Below, one piece after another: positions 18,120-28,352 of a DNA stretch of 64,000 bases. Within the stretch, counting starts at the first letter, position 1, and each line of letters begins with the position of its first letter. The notes under the pieces are model-generated. The model searched no databases, was not told where the DNA came from, and saw only the letters and a list, made by a program, of their open reading frames with translations. Position numbers and translations under genes: made by a program. The stretch is from a virus: IMG/VR virus record IMGVR_UViG_3300035070_003385, positions 1 to 64,000 of that record. One strand, given 5' to 3'.

Positions 18120-21100
18120 GTTAGTGAAATTCCTCTGTAGTCTAATAACCTAGGTGCTTTAAATATATTTTCGGAATGTAATTCTATTTTAATTGCAAAC
18201 CTACGATAACCTTCAAAAGTTGATATATTATTTGTATATGTTAATACTTCTGAAGCATTTTTATCCGTATCTTTAACTTTATATGTGAATTCTTTAAAGT
18301 CGTTTACATTACTTATCGAAGAATATAAATTTATGCCTTCTGAAAGTTCCAATTCTATCCAATCGTTAGTATCAAATACACTTGCGTCATCAACAGATTG
18401 TGGTTTAATGAATACTTTTATATCTGTTCCACTTGGGCGATATGCTGTGGCTAATAATGTAAAGTCTTCAGCATCTAAGTTTTCCGACAATTCAACAGTT
18501 TTTGAAATATATTTAGCTGTTGTATTTGAGTCGTTTGTAATTTGCCATTCACTTGCAAGAACCGCTGCAGTTTCAATATCTACCATCGGGGATGATGTTG
18601 CATTTGATCCATTTGCCAAAGATATTGTTAAATTCAAAGATTTTGCGCCAGCTATATCGTTAGACTTACTATGTATGGCTATACCATTTTCCGCAAATAA
18701 TGTTTTATCATTAAAGGCAACATTTTGATTATATGCAGCACCTGTAGTAGAGTTTGCAAAGGTTCCAGCCAATGTTGTACTTGATGCAATATCATTTGTT
18801 CTTGTAATCATTGGCTGTATGTAACTGATTTTCTTATTGTCAACAGACACAATTTCAGCCGTAGATCCACTATCAAATCCGTTAATAGTATCCCCAGCTT
18901 CAAATTTTCTGGTTGAAATTGCTGACGAACGTTCTAATATCATAGCTGTTGGGTATCTGAAATCGTAATGCGATATAACACCAACTGTAATTGGGTTTGA
19001 ATTTATCGAGGCTGTAAAGAATGCATTTCGATCTGCGGTAATTGTAGAAGTTGTTGAGGATACAACTTTAAGTATTTGTTTATTCGTAGATCCGTCATCT
19101 AATAAAATATAATCCCCGGCAGAATATGTATCAGATAAGCTTGTACCAGTTATTATATTGCTCCCAGCAGTAACACTTACTGAAGCCGTAGTGGACCCAA
19201 TTAATATCTCATTAGTATAAACAAATTCACCAACTTCAAAACGTCCTACATTATTTACCGTAGTAAAGAATTCATTATCATCGTTTGTAAGTGTTATAGA
19301 TCCAGTATTAGCACCAAAGTTGTGACGATGCAAAGTAAATTTAACATCTTCATCTTGGTAAGATTTCCATGCTCTGTTGTTGGTAGATGTAAAGAGAACC
19401 CCGTCTCCCCAATCCTGAACAATTGTAAGGCCTTGTGTTGCACCTGGGCTAAGATTTTTTCCACCAACCTTGGAAGTAAAGAGCAGGTAATCTGGATCAT
19501 TTGCGTCTGGTTTAACTACGAATGCGTATTCTTTTTCGGCGTCTAATCGTATAGGAGATTTAAATGTTACAGTTGTAGCAACAGAAGCATCATCTGAAAC
19601 TCCTATTTCAGATGGGTTTAAATGAACATCTGATAATGGCACAGATACATTTGAAGGATAACCATTAATAACTTCTCTAATGTCAACCAATAAGCCGTTT
19701 AATGTGCTTTTTCTTTTAAAGAATATATCTAATTTTGATATAAACACGGTATCAGATCCCCGGCCCATGCCAGTTTTAATAAAGAATGTTTGCGATAACG
19801 GATCTGTGTTGACCCCATTATCATTATCTGGTATTGGCGCGGTTCTCCGAGTGACAGTTCTTTCAGTGGTTGTAGTTTGTATAAAGTTTGAAGGTGATCT
19901 AGTTGAAACTGATAAGGAAGATTTTTCAACAGAAAAGTTATATGCACGATACACTAATGAACCGTATGATGTTTTTGCTGAATTAATTGAAGCATACGTA
20001 TCAACATCTACTATTTCAAGTTTTCTATCACCTACAAAAAAGGTACCTTCTGGTATTTTAAATATCGCTCTTACAATTCCATTTCCATCCGATGTTACGG
20101 CCGATGCAATAACTCCACTTCTTGTGAAAGAATTAGGATTGTTTACGTCACCTGGAGATCCTTGGGCAGGATATATATGTGCATTCACGTCATCTTCATC
20201 AAAGAAAAAGTAATGCCGAGTATTAGGTCTTAAACCTGACATAAACACGTTTACTTCTCTAGATTTCATATATGGATTAAAGCTAAAGTTTGTAACAAAA
20301 TCACCAACTTTTTGTTCGTTTACGTTTTCGCCAGACAATTGTATATTGCTGACCGTATCGCGAAATCTGGTAGTTGCTGTTGTACCAGTGCGGCGAGTGC
20401 CGGTGCGGACAGTACCAAGATTTTCCGTTAAAGTGGATGTCAAAGGAATAAATTCCTGTATTGCATCAACTAGTTGAGTCATCGGCGTTGTTATATCTAT
20501 ATCTATGTTAAGTGGATTCGTGACAGTATCATACAATGCATCATATTCTGGTACTAAGGTTCCTGTGCCAAAATAGTTATAAAAATTACTTACACAGTTT
20601 CTAAACCCTGTCGCATATGGTTGAGATATAATTTCTACATCAGAATCTCTTTGTAAAGATCCGAGAATAGGATTTGTTGCATTAGGAAATACCGTTGCAT
20701 TTGAAACACTTTTAAGCTTTAGGTTAATCGGAAATGATTTCACTGACGGCATAAGTGATTTTTCTGTAAAATCTATGGCCGCATTATATTCTACATTTTC
20801 CAAGTTTGCTATAGTAAGGTCATTAAACGGATCTACAATAATACCATTTTTAAATCTACTTAAACCGTTTTCATCAGTGATATTTAAATTTTTAGTGTCT
20901 GCTTCTAATGTACTTAAAAGAACATAATAACGCAATTGATCTACTTTTTGTTCTATATTTTCTATAGCTTTCATGTCGTATCCGCGAGTACCTGTTTGTT
21001 TGATCGTTGCGGAGTAATCAATTCTGTTTTGTGCATATGCCTCACTTGGTGAAAGAGCAGGCTTTCCTGGAATAAAGATTTCTGCGATTTTTAATTGATC

Positions 21101-23494
21101 TTTTGGAGTAGTTTCAGGAAATGGTTTTTCAGATTCAGTTCCTTTAATTACTGAAATTCTTGAAAACGAATCCATGACAACTATATCTTTTCTTGCAAAA
21201 TAATACTGATAATCTACATCTCCAGTCTGATTATACGCAGGAGTAAGAATTTCATAAGAACTAGAAAAAACAGGAGGAACATTTACACCGGTTGTAGAAT
21301 CACTAACTGACGGAGCAGTTCCAACCGAAGCTGCGTTTGTATATGTGGCTGGAGACAACGGCTCTGCATATGGTCTAAAGTCTAAACAGTTTCTGAGGTT
21401 ATATGTATCCCCGGATGCTGAAATATAAGGCTGAAGCTTATTCTTAGCGAATGAAACCGGGTAACTGTTTATATTAAAGAAATAATTTCCAGTTGTATCT
21501 CCAAGTTTAAAGGCATTCATTTCAACTGTCATATCTCCAGGAGCCGGTATCGTACGCCCTGGTATAAACTCAATGTAAGAATGACCGTAAAAATTATCTC
21601 TTTGGTTTGTTTTTAATTTAAAACTACTTGTGACATCGTTTCCAAGTGAATCTGTAATTGTTACAATTTCATATACATCTGGAAATCCTAAATTATATAT
21701 CGAATTTGCAGATGTTATTGGAGGATTTGCGAAATCACATTTTACATAAAGAGTTTCGGAAGTTTTTGTAAACGGTGATGCATTTTGAATTCTTTTATTA
21801 TGATAAAGAGTACCGGTTGCAGAAGGAGTTGAACTTAATGTTAAATTTAATAGCGATCCAGCCAAAGAATTATTTAAAATATCTATTCTTGTGTTTGTTG
21901 CGTCAACAAATAATGCGTCATCGTTATTAACAACAAAATCTTCTCCAGCATTTGGGGATAATATAACAGTAGTACTAGACAGACCAGACAAAGCTCTTTG
22001 AGCTCTTACAGGAATTGAAATATTACTTAGCGAATTAAGACTTGTCATTCCACTATCAAATATCATCGCCGATTTGCTAGCATCTTGAATTACAGAGTTA
22101 TTGCTAATCGGTATAGATCCGCTAGATCCTACTACTTCCTCTACGTCTGAAAATGTTTGGCCAGGTAAAACGCGAATATCAAATAGAAATATTTTATCAT
22201 TTGTTATATTGCGAACTCTTGCCGTACCAGCTGCATCACCGTCATGGTCTTTAAGTTGAACAGTTCCAAATGTTCCAATATCAACTGTGCCTGATGCAGA
22301 ACTATTTGTTGTCTTTGCATACGATCCGTAGTTAAAGGAAATTGGTTGGTTTGTTCTTTGACCTATTGATGTGTTAGCTATTTCGTCAATAGGCTTAAAA
22401 ATTTCAGCTGCAGTTTCAACACGATAACCTTTTATATATGCTAAACCTGGAGATATTGTAGCAGTAAGAACACCGTTCTTTCTTACTAAGTTTGGTTTAA
22501 ACCCGCTTACCGTATAATCTCCAGATTCTTCAAATGTGCGACGAGCCATTTCATCGCCAAGAACGTTATATTGAGAAACGTTTCTTAAAACAACCTGGTT
22601 TCCATCCGAATATCTAACTAATGAGAAAAAGTCTGCATTATTTGCGGCCTGTGCATTCGTAAGAGATTTTAACACTGGGATTAATTTAAGACGATCTGCA
22701 CCAGGTGCGTTTTGGTTAAAAGAGCCATTAGCATTATCTAAAAGTGATCTATCTGTGAATGAATCTATAATTTTTTCTTGAACTTCATAACCTATTGAAA
22801 TTCCAGTTGGAATATTGTTATATTTAGAAACAATAATCAACTGCTCTTCTGCATATAAAAAATGACCACGCTGATAAATAACACCAGGCGCAGAGCGAAG
22901 ACCAAAGGAATTGCCAACAGCACCAACAAAAGAAGTGACGTTGATAGAATCTACTAGCGTTTCTGTTTTATCAACACCGGAACCAACTTCAACAGTACTT
23001 ATTTTATAAATTTCTAAAAGTTCACCGGTTTGAAATTGCTTATTTGTTCCGGCCGTTGACGTGTAGTCAATAAAAAACGTATTTAAATCAGGGTTTCTGG
23101 TTTCAAATCCAGATACAGCCGCAACAACAGATGCGCTTATACCTGAAACTGAACCGCGCAATTCGTAAGAATTCGTACGCACATATTCTTCGCCCAATAC
23201 GGTTACAGTATCATCAAATCCAATATATTTTGAAATATCAAATCCAGTTTTATCACCAAGCTTAACAAACTTTAGCTCATCAAGTTCTGTAAAATTACAT
23301 CCGTTAATAATAGAACCTTCTTGAAAGATATTGTCGCCAAATTGTTCTATTTGATTTTGCAGCGTAGTCTGCAGCTGAGTAAGTTCTCTAGCTTGTACAG
23401 GGTACGACGGCTTAAAGAGAATTTTATAAAATTGTTTCTCTAAGTTGTAATCATCAAAATATGGATCAACATTAAGATCTGTGTTAATTGGCAT
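18116..23494 (-). CDS. DUF4815/VrlC-like large virion structural (baseplate-associated) protein
   Basis: N-terminal DPYFDDY...YKILFKPSYPVQARELTQLQTTLQNQIEQFG signature; 1792 aa. Confidence 0.85.
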   Translation of the reverse strand: MPINTDLNVDPYFDDYNLEKQFYKILFKPSYPVQARELTQLQTTLQNQIEQFGDNIFQEGSIINGCNFTELDELKFVKLGDKTGFDISKYIGFDDTVTVLGEEYVRTNSYELRGSVSGISASVVAAVSGFETRNPDLNTFFIDYTSTAGTNKQFQTGELLEIYKISTVEVGSGVDKTETLVDSINVTSFVGAVGNSFGLRSAPGVIYQRGHFLYAEEQLIIVSKYNNIPTGISIGYEVQEKIIDSFTDRSLLDNANGSFNQNAPGADRLKLIPVLKSLTNAQAANNADFFSLVRYSDGNQVVLRNVSQYNVLGDEMARRTFEESGDYTVSGFKPNLVRKNGVLTATISPGLAYIKGYRVETAAEIFKPIDEIANTSIGQRTNQPISFNYGSYAKTTNSSASGTVDIGTFGTVQLKDHDGDAAGTARVRNITNDKIFLFDIRVLPGQTFSDVEEVVGSSGSIPISNNSVIQDASKSAMIFDSGMTSLNSLSNISIPVRAQRALSGLSSTTVILSPNAGEDFVVNNDDALFVDATNTRIDILNNSLAGSLLNLTLSSTPSATGTLYHNKRIQNASPFTKTSETLYVKCDFANPPITSANSIYNLGFPDVYEIVTITDSLGNDVTSSFKLKTNQRDNFYGHSYIEFIPGRTIPAPGDMTVEMNAFKLGDTTGNYFFNINSYPVSFAKNKLQPYISASGDTYNLRNCLDFRPYAEPLSPATYTNAASVGTAPSVSDSTTGVNVPPVFSSSYEILTPAYNQTGDVDYQYYFARKDIVVMDSFSRISVIKGTESEKPFPETTPKDQLKIAEIFIPGKPALSPSEAYAQNRIDYSATIKQTGTRGYDMKAIENIEQKVDQLRYYVLLSTLEADTKNLNITDENGLSRFKNGIIVDPFNDLTIANLENVEYNAAIDFTEKSLMPSVKSFPINLKLKSVSNATVFPNATNPILGSLQRDSDVEIISQPYATGFRNCVSNFYNYFGTGTLVPEYDALYDTVTNPLNIDIDITTPMTQLVDAIQEFIPLTSTLTENLGTVRTGTRRTGTTATTRFRDTVSNIQLSGENVNEQKVGDFVTNFSFNPYMKSREVNVFMSGLRPNTRHYFFFDEDDVNAHIYPAQGSPGDVNNPNSFTRSGVIASAVTSDGNGIVRAIFKIPEGTFFVGDRKLEIVDVDTYASINSAKTSYGSLVYRAYNFSVEKSSLSVSTRSPSNFIQTTTTERTVTRRTAPIPDNDNGVNTDPLSQTFFIKTGMGRGSDTVFISKLDIFFKRKSTLNGLLVDIREVINGYPSNVSVPLSDVHLNPSEIGVSDDASVATTVTFKSPIRLDAEKEYAFVVKPDANDPDYLLFTSKVGGKNLSPGATQGLTIVQDWGDGVLFTSTNNRAWKSYQDEDVKFTLHRHNFGANTGSITLTNDDNEFFTTVNNVGRFEVGEFVYTNEILIGSTTASVSVTAGSNIITGTSLSDTYSAGDYILLDDGSTNKQILKVVSSTTSTITADRNAFFTASINSNPITVGVISHYDFRYPTAMILERSSAISTRKFEAGDTINGFDSGSTAEIVSVDNKKISYIQPMITRTNDIASSTTLAGTFANSTTGAAYNQNVAFNDKTLFAENGIAIHSKSNDIAGAKSLNLTISLANGSNATSSPMVDIETAAVLASEWQITNDSNTTAKYISKTVELSENLDAEDFTLLATAYRPSGTDIKVFIKPQSVDDASVFDTNDWIELELSEGINLYSSISNVNDFKEFTYKVKDTDKNASEVLTYTNNISTFEGYRRFAIKIELHSENIFKAPRLLDYRGISLT

Positions 23495-23505
23495 TTTTTT
23501 CTCTC

Positions 23506-25233
23506 TTAAAATTCAAGGATGATTTTATATTGTTCTCTTGAGTTTGCTGTCCTAGTAATAGGAACAAACCTGTGCATATAGTATACTTCACCAGTCCTTT
23601 GGACATACGGTGACAGCTTGAAACCAGGATAATTAGAATCATAACCACCAGTATATGCCGGATTATTATCTGTATTTATCTGTATTATTTGGCCTTGCGA
23701 AGTAATTAACGGCAATGTAACATCTAAAGATATGTCACTAAAATCTGTATTTGCATATACACCTTGGTCGTTTGGATAAGGTCCTAAATATTCAGCAAGA
23801 TAAATAAAATCGCCAGATACCTCATGAACCTTTGCGCTAAATCTAACATCGCCAAAGAAATCACTAGCCGTGTTAACAGTTTCGATTTGAGTGATAGTTT
23901 CGTTAACCGTAAACGGGTTTGCATCTACTGCCAATTCTATTCTGTTATCAAAAATGGTAGGATACGAATAATCTTTAAATTCTGGATTTTTTACAATACC
24001 AATGCTTCCATAAGTATTTGTATTTGAAATTAAAGCATTGTCTACTGCATCTATGTCTGTATATGCTAAGACACGGGTGCAATTAAACTCTTCTACTAAA
24101 TTGGACCCGTGGCCACCAACAGGAGAAAGGACTGGTCTTAATACAGCTCTTACATCTAAACTGTCTGTTAAATTTGGATCAAATGCAAAAGGGTCAACAA
24201 CTTTCGCTGTTGCATTTGTATAATCGGAACCAGAGTTTAATACTGTTACACTGGAAATAGATCCGTCAGCGGCAACGCTCGGAATAGCTATTGCGCCAGA
24301 GCCATCTCCTTGTATTTCAACTCTTGGAAGCAAATTAAAAGTTGCCGTGTCGACCAAAACACCGTCGGTAGGAGTTCCTTCAATCAACGTAATTGTTGCA
24401 CGCCCTGTAACTGGATCATACGTGTATGTATCAACCTCGTATGTTTGTGATCGCACATTTTGGTTTGTGACATAAAACGTATATCCAGAATAATAATTAG
24501 TAATCCCATTTAAGGTATTGGTTGTGTTTGGTATAATTGTAATTTCATTTACTGGAGATCGTGCAACTTGAAAAATAGTACCTATTATACTTTCATACCC
24601 AGTGTTTTGATTTAAATTTTCAACAAATATTTGATTAATTGAACTTTTACTTGTGATTGCGGAATTATTTGCAGAATAAACTGAATTATTTGCAGAAGAA
24701 ACGGAATTATTTGCGCTATCCCTATTCACGGAAACATCTATAATTGGTATATAACCTCTAGTGTTATATTTTTCAAATTCCGACACAGAAAGAGAGTACA
24801 TATATTTCCAAGTGTAACCATCTGGCATAATATAAATTTGATCTGGAGTGGATGATTGATAATTTGGAGGATTTATTGATGCGCCACCGTAATTGTTAAA
24901 TAAACACTTATAAATTTTATAATCACCGGTTGCACTATCTGCTGGATAAACTGTTACATAATATCTTTTATCTGACAAATCACTTTTATCATCGTATTGT
25001 GTATAAACTGTACCGGTTTGCCATACGTTATTTTCTATCACATAAAATAGGTTATCAGCAGGCAATTTTTTTCCAAAAATAGTTTTTTCTAAAAAAGATC
25101 TTTTTGAAACTGCGGTGTTTTCAACAGCAGTATTTGATATGCTTGATGCAAAAAGATAATAATCGTTAACAGTGACGTCTTCTACAAAAAAACGTGCAGC
25201 ATCTGATCTATATTTGCTGGTGATTATTGTCAT
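23506..25233 (-). CDS. gp8: Baseplate wedge subunit gp8
   Basis: WQTGTVYTQYDD, YKIYKCLFNN, DGYTWKYMY motifs. Confidence 0.85.
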   Translation of the reverse strand: MTIITSKYRSDAARFFVEDVTVNDYYLFASSISNTAVENTAVSKRSFLEKTIFGKKLPADNLFYVIENNVWQTGTVYTQYDDKSDLSDKRYYVTVYPADSATGDYKIYKCLFNNYGGASINPPNYQSSTPDQIYIMPDGYTWKYMYSLSVSEFEKYNTRGYIPIIDVSVNRDSANNSVSSANNSVYSANNSAITSKSSINQIFVENLNQNTGYESIIGTIFQVARSPVNEITIIPNTTNTLNGITNYYSGYTFYVTNQNVRSQTYEVDTYTYDPVTGRATITLIEGTPTDGVLVDTATFNLLPRVEIQGDGSGAIAIPSVAADGSISSVTVLNSGSDYTNATAKVVDPFAFDPNLTDSLDVRAVLRPVLSPVGGHGSNLVEEFNCTRVLAYTDIDAVDNALISNTNTYGSIGIVKNPEFKDYSYPTIFDNRIELAVDANPFTVNETITQIETVNTASDFFGDVRFSAKVHEVSGDFIYLAEYLGPYPNDQGVYANTDFSDISLDVTLPLITSQGQIIQINTDNNPAYTGGYDSNYPGFKLSPYVQRTGEVYYMHRFVPITRTANSREQYKIILEF

Positions 25234-25258
25234 TTTTTCCCCGGTGTTTTCTTTAATT

Positions 25259-25266
25259 TATTTATA
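25259..25266 (-). promoter_or_regulatory. Late promoter TATAAATA
   Basis: Exact motif between gp7 and gp8. Confidence 0.7.
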
Positions 25267-25283
25267 ACAAAAAAACTTGCTTA

Positions 25284-28200
25284 TTATTCTTCAGAGCGAT
25301 TAATAACAACTTTAGTTGATATTGGTGTAGATATAAATTCTTCCAAATTGAATTTTGCAAACACCTTTGTGCCAGCGACATGAGTAATTTCTTTAAGAGA
25401 TTCCTCGTAATTTTCAATGTTTAGTTTAGATTGAATTTCATAAGAGTATTCTTGATAATAATTGCTGTCTTGAATATATTTATCCGAATTATAATATTTT
25501 AATTTGCCGTTTACATTTGTGTATCCATTAAGATGCGAATTATAAGTTGACCAAAATCCTGAACTTTTTCCTTGGCCCTGTGCAGATAAAATTCCGCCAG
25601 AAACTACAACTCCGTTTTTAAGAACTTCAGCCTGTGTATTATGCACATAATTATAACCTGAATCTAATATCTCTACTTCTTCTATGATACCATTTTCAAA
25701 AATTACTTCTGCGCGGGTTATTGCATTACTTCCTGCAACCTTATTACTTGTAAAATCTTTAGACACGGATACTATTGAAAAATTTATTCCACCATAAGTG
25801 ATTGGTGTTGAAGAATTGAAACCGTAGTATGCATACGGTCTTACTGTTAAAGTATTGCTGTTAATTGCAACAACCTTTCCGTTGATAAGACCTTGGGTTA
25901 TTTCATCACCTACACTTAAAGCTGAAGGAACTGAATTTAACGTAATTAATTGATTTCTCCTATTAAAATTAGATAAACGCGTATCGTGTGTAAAAGTAAC
26001 TACTTCATTAAGATAATTTAAGCCAGGATTTATATTGTCAAACCTAACAATAGAACCAATATTAGTGTTTGTCAAATCAAATGCAACATCCAACCTAGTG
26101 TTGATATCCGTTGGGTTTACATTTCCAGACATTGAACCCAACGCAGGTGGAATATCATTATAGTTTAATGCATCAAGTGGAACATTCAAAAAATTTCCAA
26201 TTACGTCAAATATAAGATCTATTGATTCTATATTTTCCAATTCACCAACTATAACCGGAGTTCCGCCTACTAATTCATCAACAACATATCCTGACACGCC
26301 TGTATCATTTTCACCAAAAATACTTTCTATTGTAGCAAAATCTGGTTTGCTTAATACTTGAGCAAAATATGTATTGAACAATGCATAACCTAATGGATTG
26401 TTTGCTAACATACCTGCTGGTGTTTTTAAACTATCATCCCATTCAGGACTAAGACTGCCGCCATCCCAGTATACACTCATATCCCACATTGACCAGTTTA
26501 CCAAGTAGGTGTATTCTGTATATGCAACTGCCGCTTTCTCTGGATCTGTATTCCAATCAGGAGCATAACCACTTGGATCATATAATCCTGCGTCAATTGC
26601 TTCTTTCATAGCAAGATGCAGTGCTGTGTTTTTCCAATCGAAACTTGGTTCATTACCAATTCTAATATCTGGATTCATTTCCACCGCGTCTGAACTACCA
26701 GGCACTGCACCCGGAATACCAAATGCGTGTATGGTGTGGAATATGTGTTCAAATATTTCTTCTATATCCCTACGCTGTGTTGGAGGATTGTTTCCGTTAA
26801 TATTCTTATACCATACCATATCCTTTTGAGCAACACTGTCATTGAATGCTTGTAGTCCTGCATAACTTGGTATGCCGGCATCTTCTAACCAGTTAGGTGT
26901 ATATGTACTTCCGCCGCCATAGCCAACTCTTTGTACTGTAGGTATTCCTGCGTGTTTCGTTCCAGCGTCACCTTTTAGTGTTTTAAGAAAATTGCGTTGA
27001 TGTGTAGTGTTAATGCCAGCACCGTTAGGATCGGTCATTAATTCAAATGTTCTTGCTGTTTTCAATGCCCATTCATCTGGTACTGCTAGTTGTCCGCCTA
27101 CTGCTCCTGCAACAACTAGTTTCAATCCGTTTACAGTTAAGGCTCTGTCAAACACTGTACCATTGTTCTCAGTAATTAATGCACCATTGTTGTATTCTGC
27201 ATCTGTTTCCGGATATAGAGGACCAGGGGAGCTTTCGTTTTTTTCGGATACTTTAAGAGTTACTCCAGACAACGATTGTATATTAATGTTTGGCGATCTA
27301 TCAACAGTGCTAATAATGGATGTATTTGAAAACTCTTTACCGGCCTCCATTCTCACGCCGACGAAAAAATCACCTTGGTTGATGACGGCTCCTCTATTAC
27401 CATCGCTGTCTTCAAGGGTTTCTAAATTAATAAAATTATTTGGAGTGTTTTCTAAAAAAATAATTTGGTTTGACACATATAAATGAGTAGATTCTATAGT
27501 GTAACCCCATCCGCCATCTATAACATCGTAATCAATTGAACCAGTAGTTTTTGGTTTTACTTTAGACACTCTTCCAGTAGCAGCAATGCCATCGGGTGAT
27601 CCTCTAAATGTAACAATTTCCCCAACAGAATTTCCGCCAGGACCATTTACATTAATGTTGATAGAATCTAAGGAGCCATTTACAATTCCAAAATTAGCTG
27701 GCGAACCATTTATTTGCGCGGTGATTCCTTCAAGTCCTAAAAATTCGCCACTTATATTATTAATAAAAATAATTGGTACAAATGTGTTATTTAATATAAA
27801 AAAGTTTATTTTGTCAACTGTTGCTCTTGCGCCGGATGTGTCCCCAGTAATAGTAGTATTAATAATATCGTCATACGGAAATTTATTATCTACATTAACC
27901 GATGTGAATATTCCCGCGTTTGGAAATAATTGAATATAATTACCGGTCTGCCATTTTGAATCTGATGCTTTAAATATATTTTTTGCTGGATAATATATTT
28001 TAATAAACTCGTTATAAAAAAGCCTAAAGAATAACTCAAGCCCGCCTTCAGAACCTTTGCGGCGATAAAGTCCAAGTATATTTTTAACAATGATGCGAAG
28101 GGTAGTATCGTTGAGTGGAAGATCTGAAAGATATTTATTTTTAAAAAATATTAGCATTCTTTCAAGAGTAGTATCAATATCCTTATATTCAAATAATCTT

Positions 28201-28352
28201 CTACCATTATAAAGGGATTGGTTTGAATTAGTTTCAAGAAATTTATAATATTCCTTTACGAATTGTATAAGATCTTGCCCCTCTTCACGATATATCGCTG
28301 GGAATTGTTTTTCAATATGAAATGAAACTAACTTATCTACTGGAACTGACAT
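25284..28352 (-). CDS. gp7: Baseplate wedge protein gp7-like, with a ~285-aa inserted domain
   Basis: QFPAIYREEG...FVKEYYKFLE, LYRRKGSEGG and C-terminal IQDSNYYQEYSYEIQS...THVAGTKVF; lies between gp6 and gp8. Confidence 0.8.
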   Translation of the reverse strand: MSVPVDKLVSFHIEKQFPAIYREEGQDLIQFVKEYYKFLETNSNQSLYNGRRLFEYKDIDTTLERMLIFFKNKYLSDLPLNDTTLRIIVKNILGLYRRKGSEGGLELFFRLFYNEFIKIYYPAKNIFKASDSKWQTGNYIQLFPNAGIFTSVNVDNKFPYDDIINTTITGDTSGARATVDKINFFILNNTFVPIIFINNISGEFLGLEGITAQINGSPANFGIVNGSLDSININVNGPGGNSVGEIVTFRGSPDGIAATGRVSKVKPKTTGSIDYDVIDGGWGYTIESTHLYVSNQIIFLENTPNNFINLETLEDSDGNRGAVINQGDFFVGVRMEAGKEFSNTSIISTVDRSPNINIQSLSGVTLKVSEKNESSPGPLYPETDAEYNNGALITENNGTVFDRALTVNGLKLVVAGAVGGQLAVPDEWALKTARTFELMTDPNGAGINTTHQRNFLKTLKGDAGTKHAGIPTVQRVGYGGGSTYTPNWLEDAGIPSYAGLQAFNDSVAQKDMVWYKNINGNNPPTQRRDIEEIFEHIFHTIHAFGIPGAVPGSSDAVEMNPDIRIGNEPSFDWKNTALHLAMKEAIDAGLYDPSGYAPDWNTDPEKAAVAYTEYTYLVNWSMWDMSVYWDGGSLSPEWDDSLKTPAGMLANNPLGYALFNTYFAQVLSKPDFATIESIFGENDTGVSGYVVDELVGGTPVIVGELENIESIDLIFDVIGNFLNVPLDALNYNDIPPALGSMSGNVNPTDINTRLDVAFDLTNTNIGSIVRFDNINPGLNYLNEVVTFTHDTRLSNFNRRNQLITLNSVPSALSVGDEITQGLINGKVVAINSNTLTVRPYAYYGFNSSTPITYGGINFSIVSVSKDFTSNKVAGSNAITRAEVIFENGIIEEVEILDSGYNYVHNTQAEVLKNGVVVSGGILSAQGQGKSSGFWSTYNSHLNGYTNVNGKLKYYNSDKYIQDSNYYQEYSYEIQSKLNIENYEESLKEITHVAGTKVFAKFNLEEFISTPISTKVVINRSEE

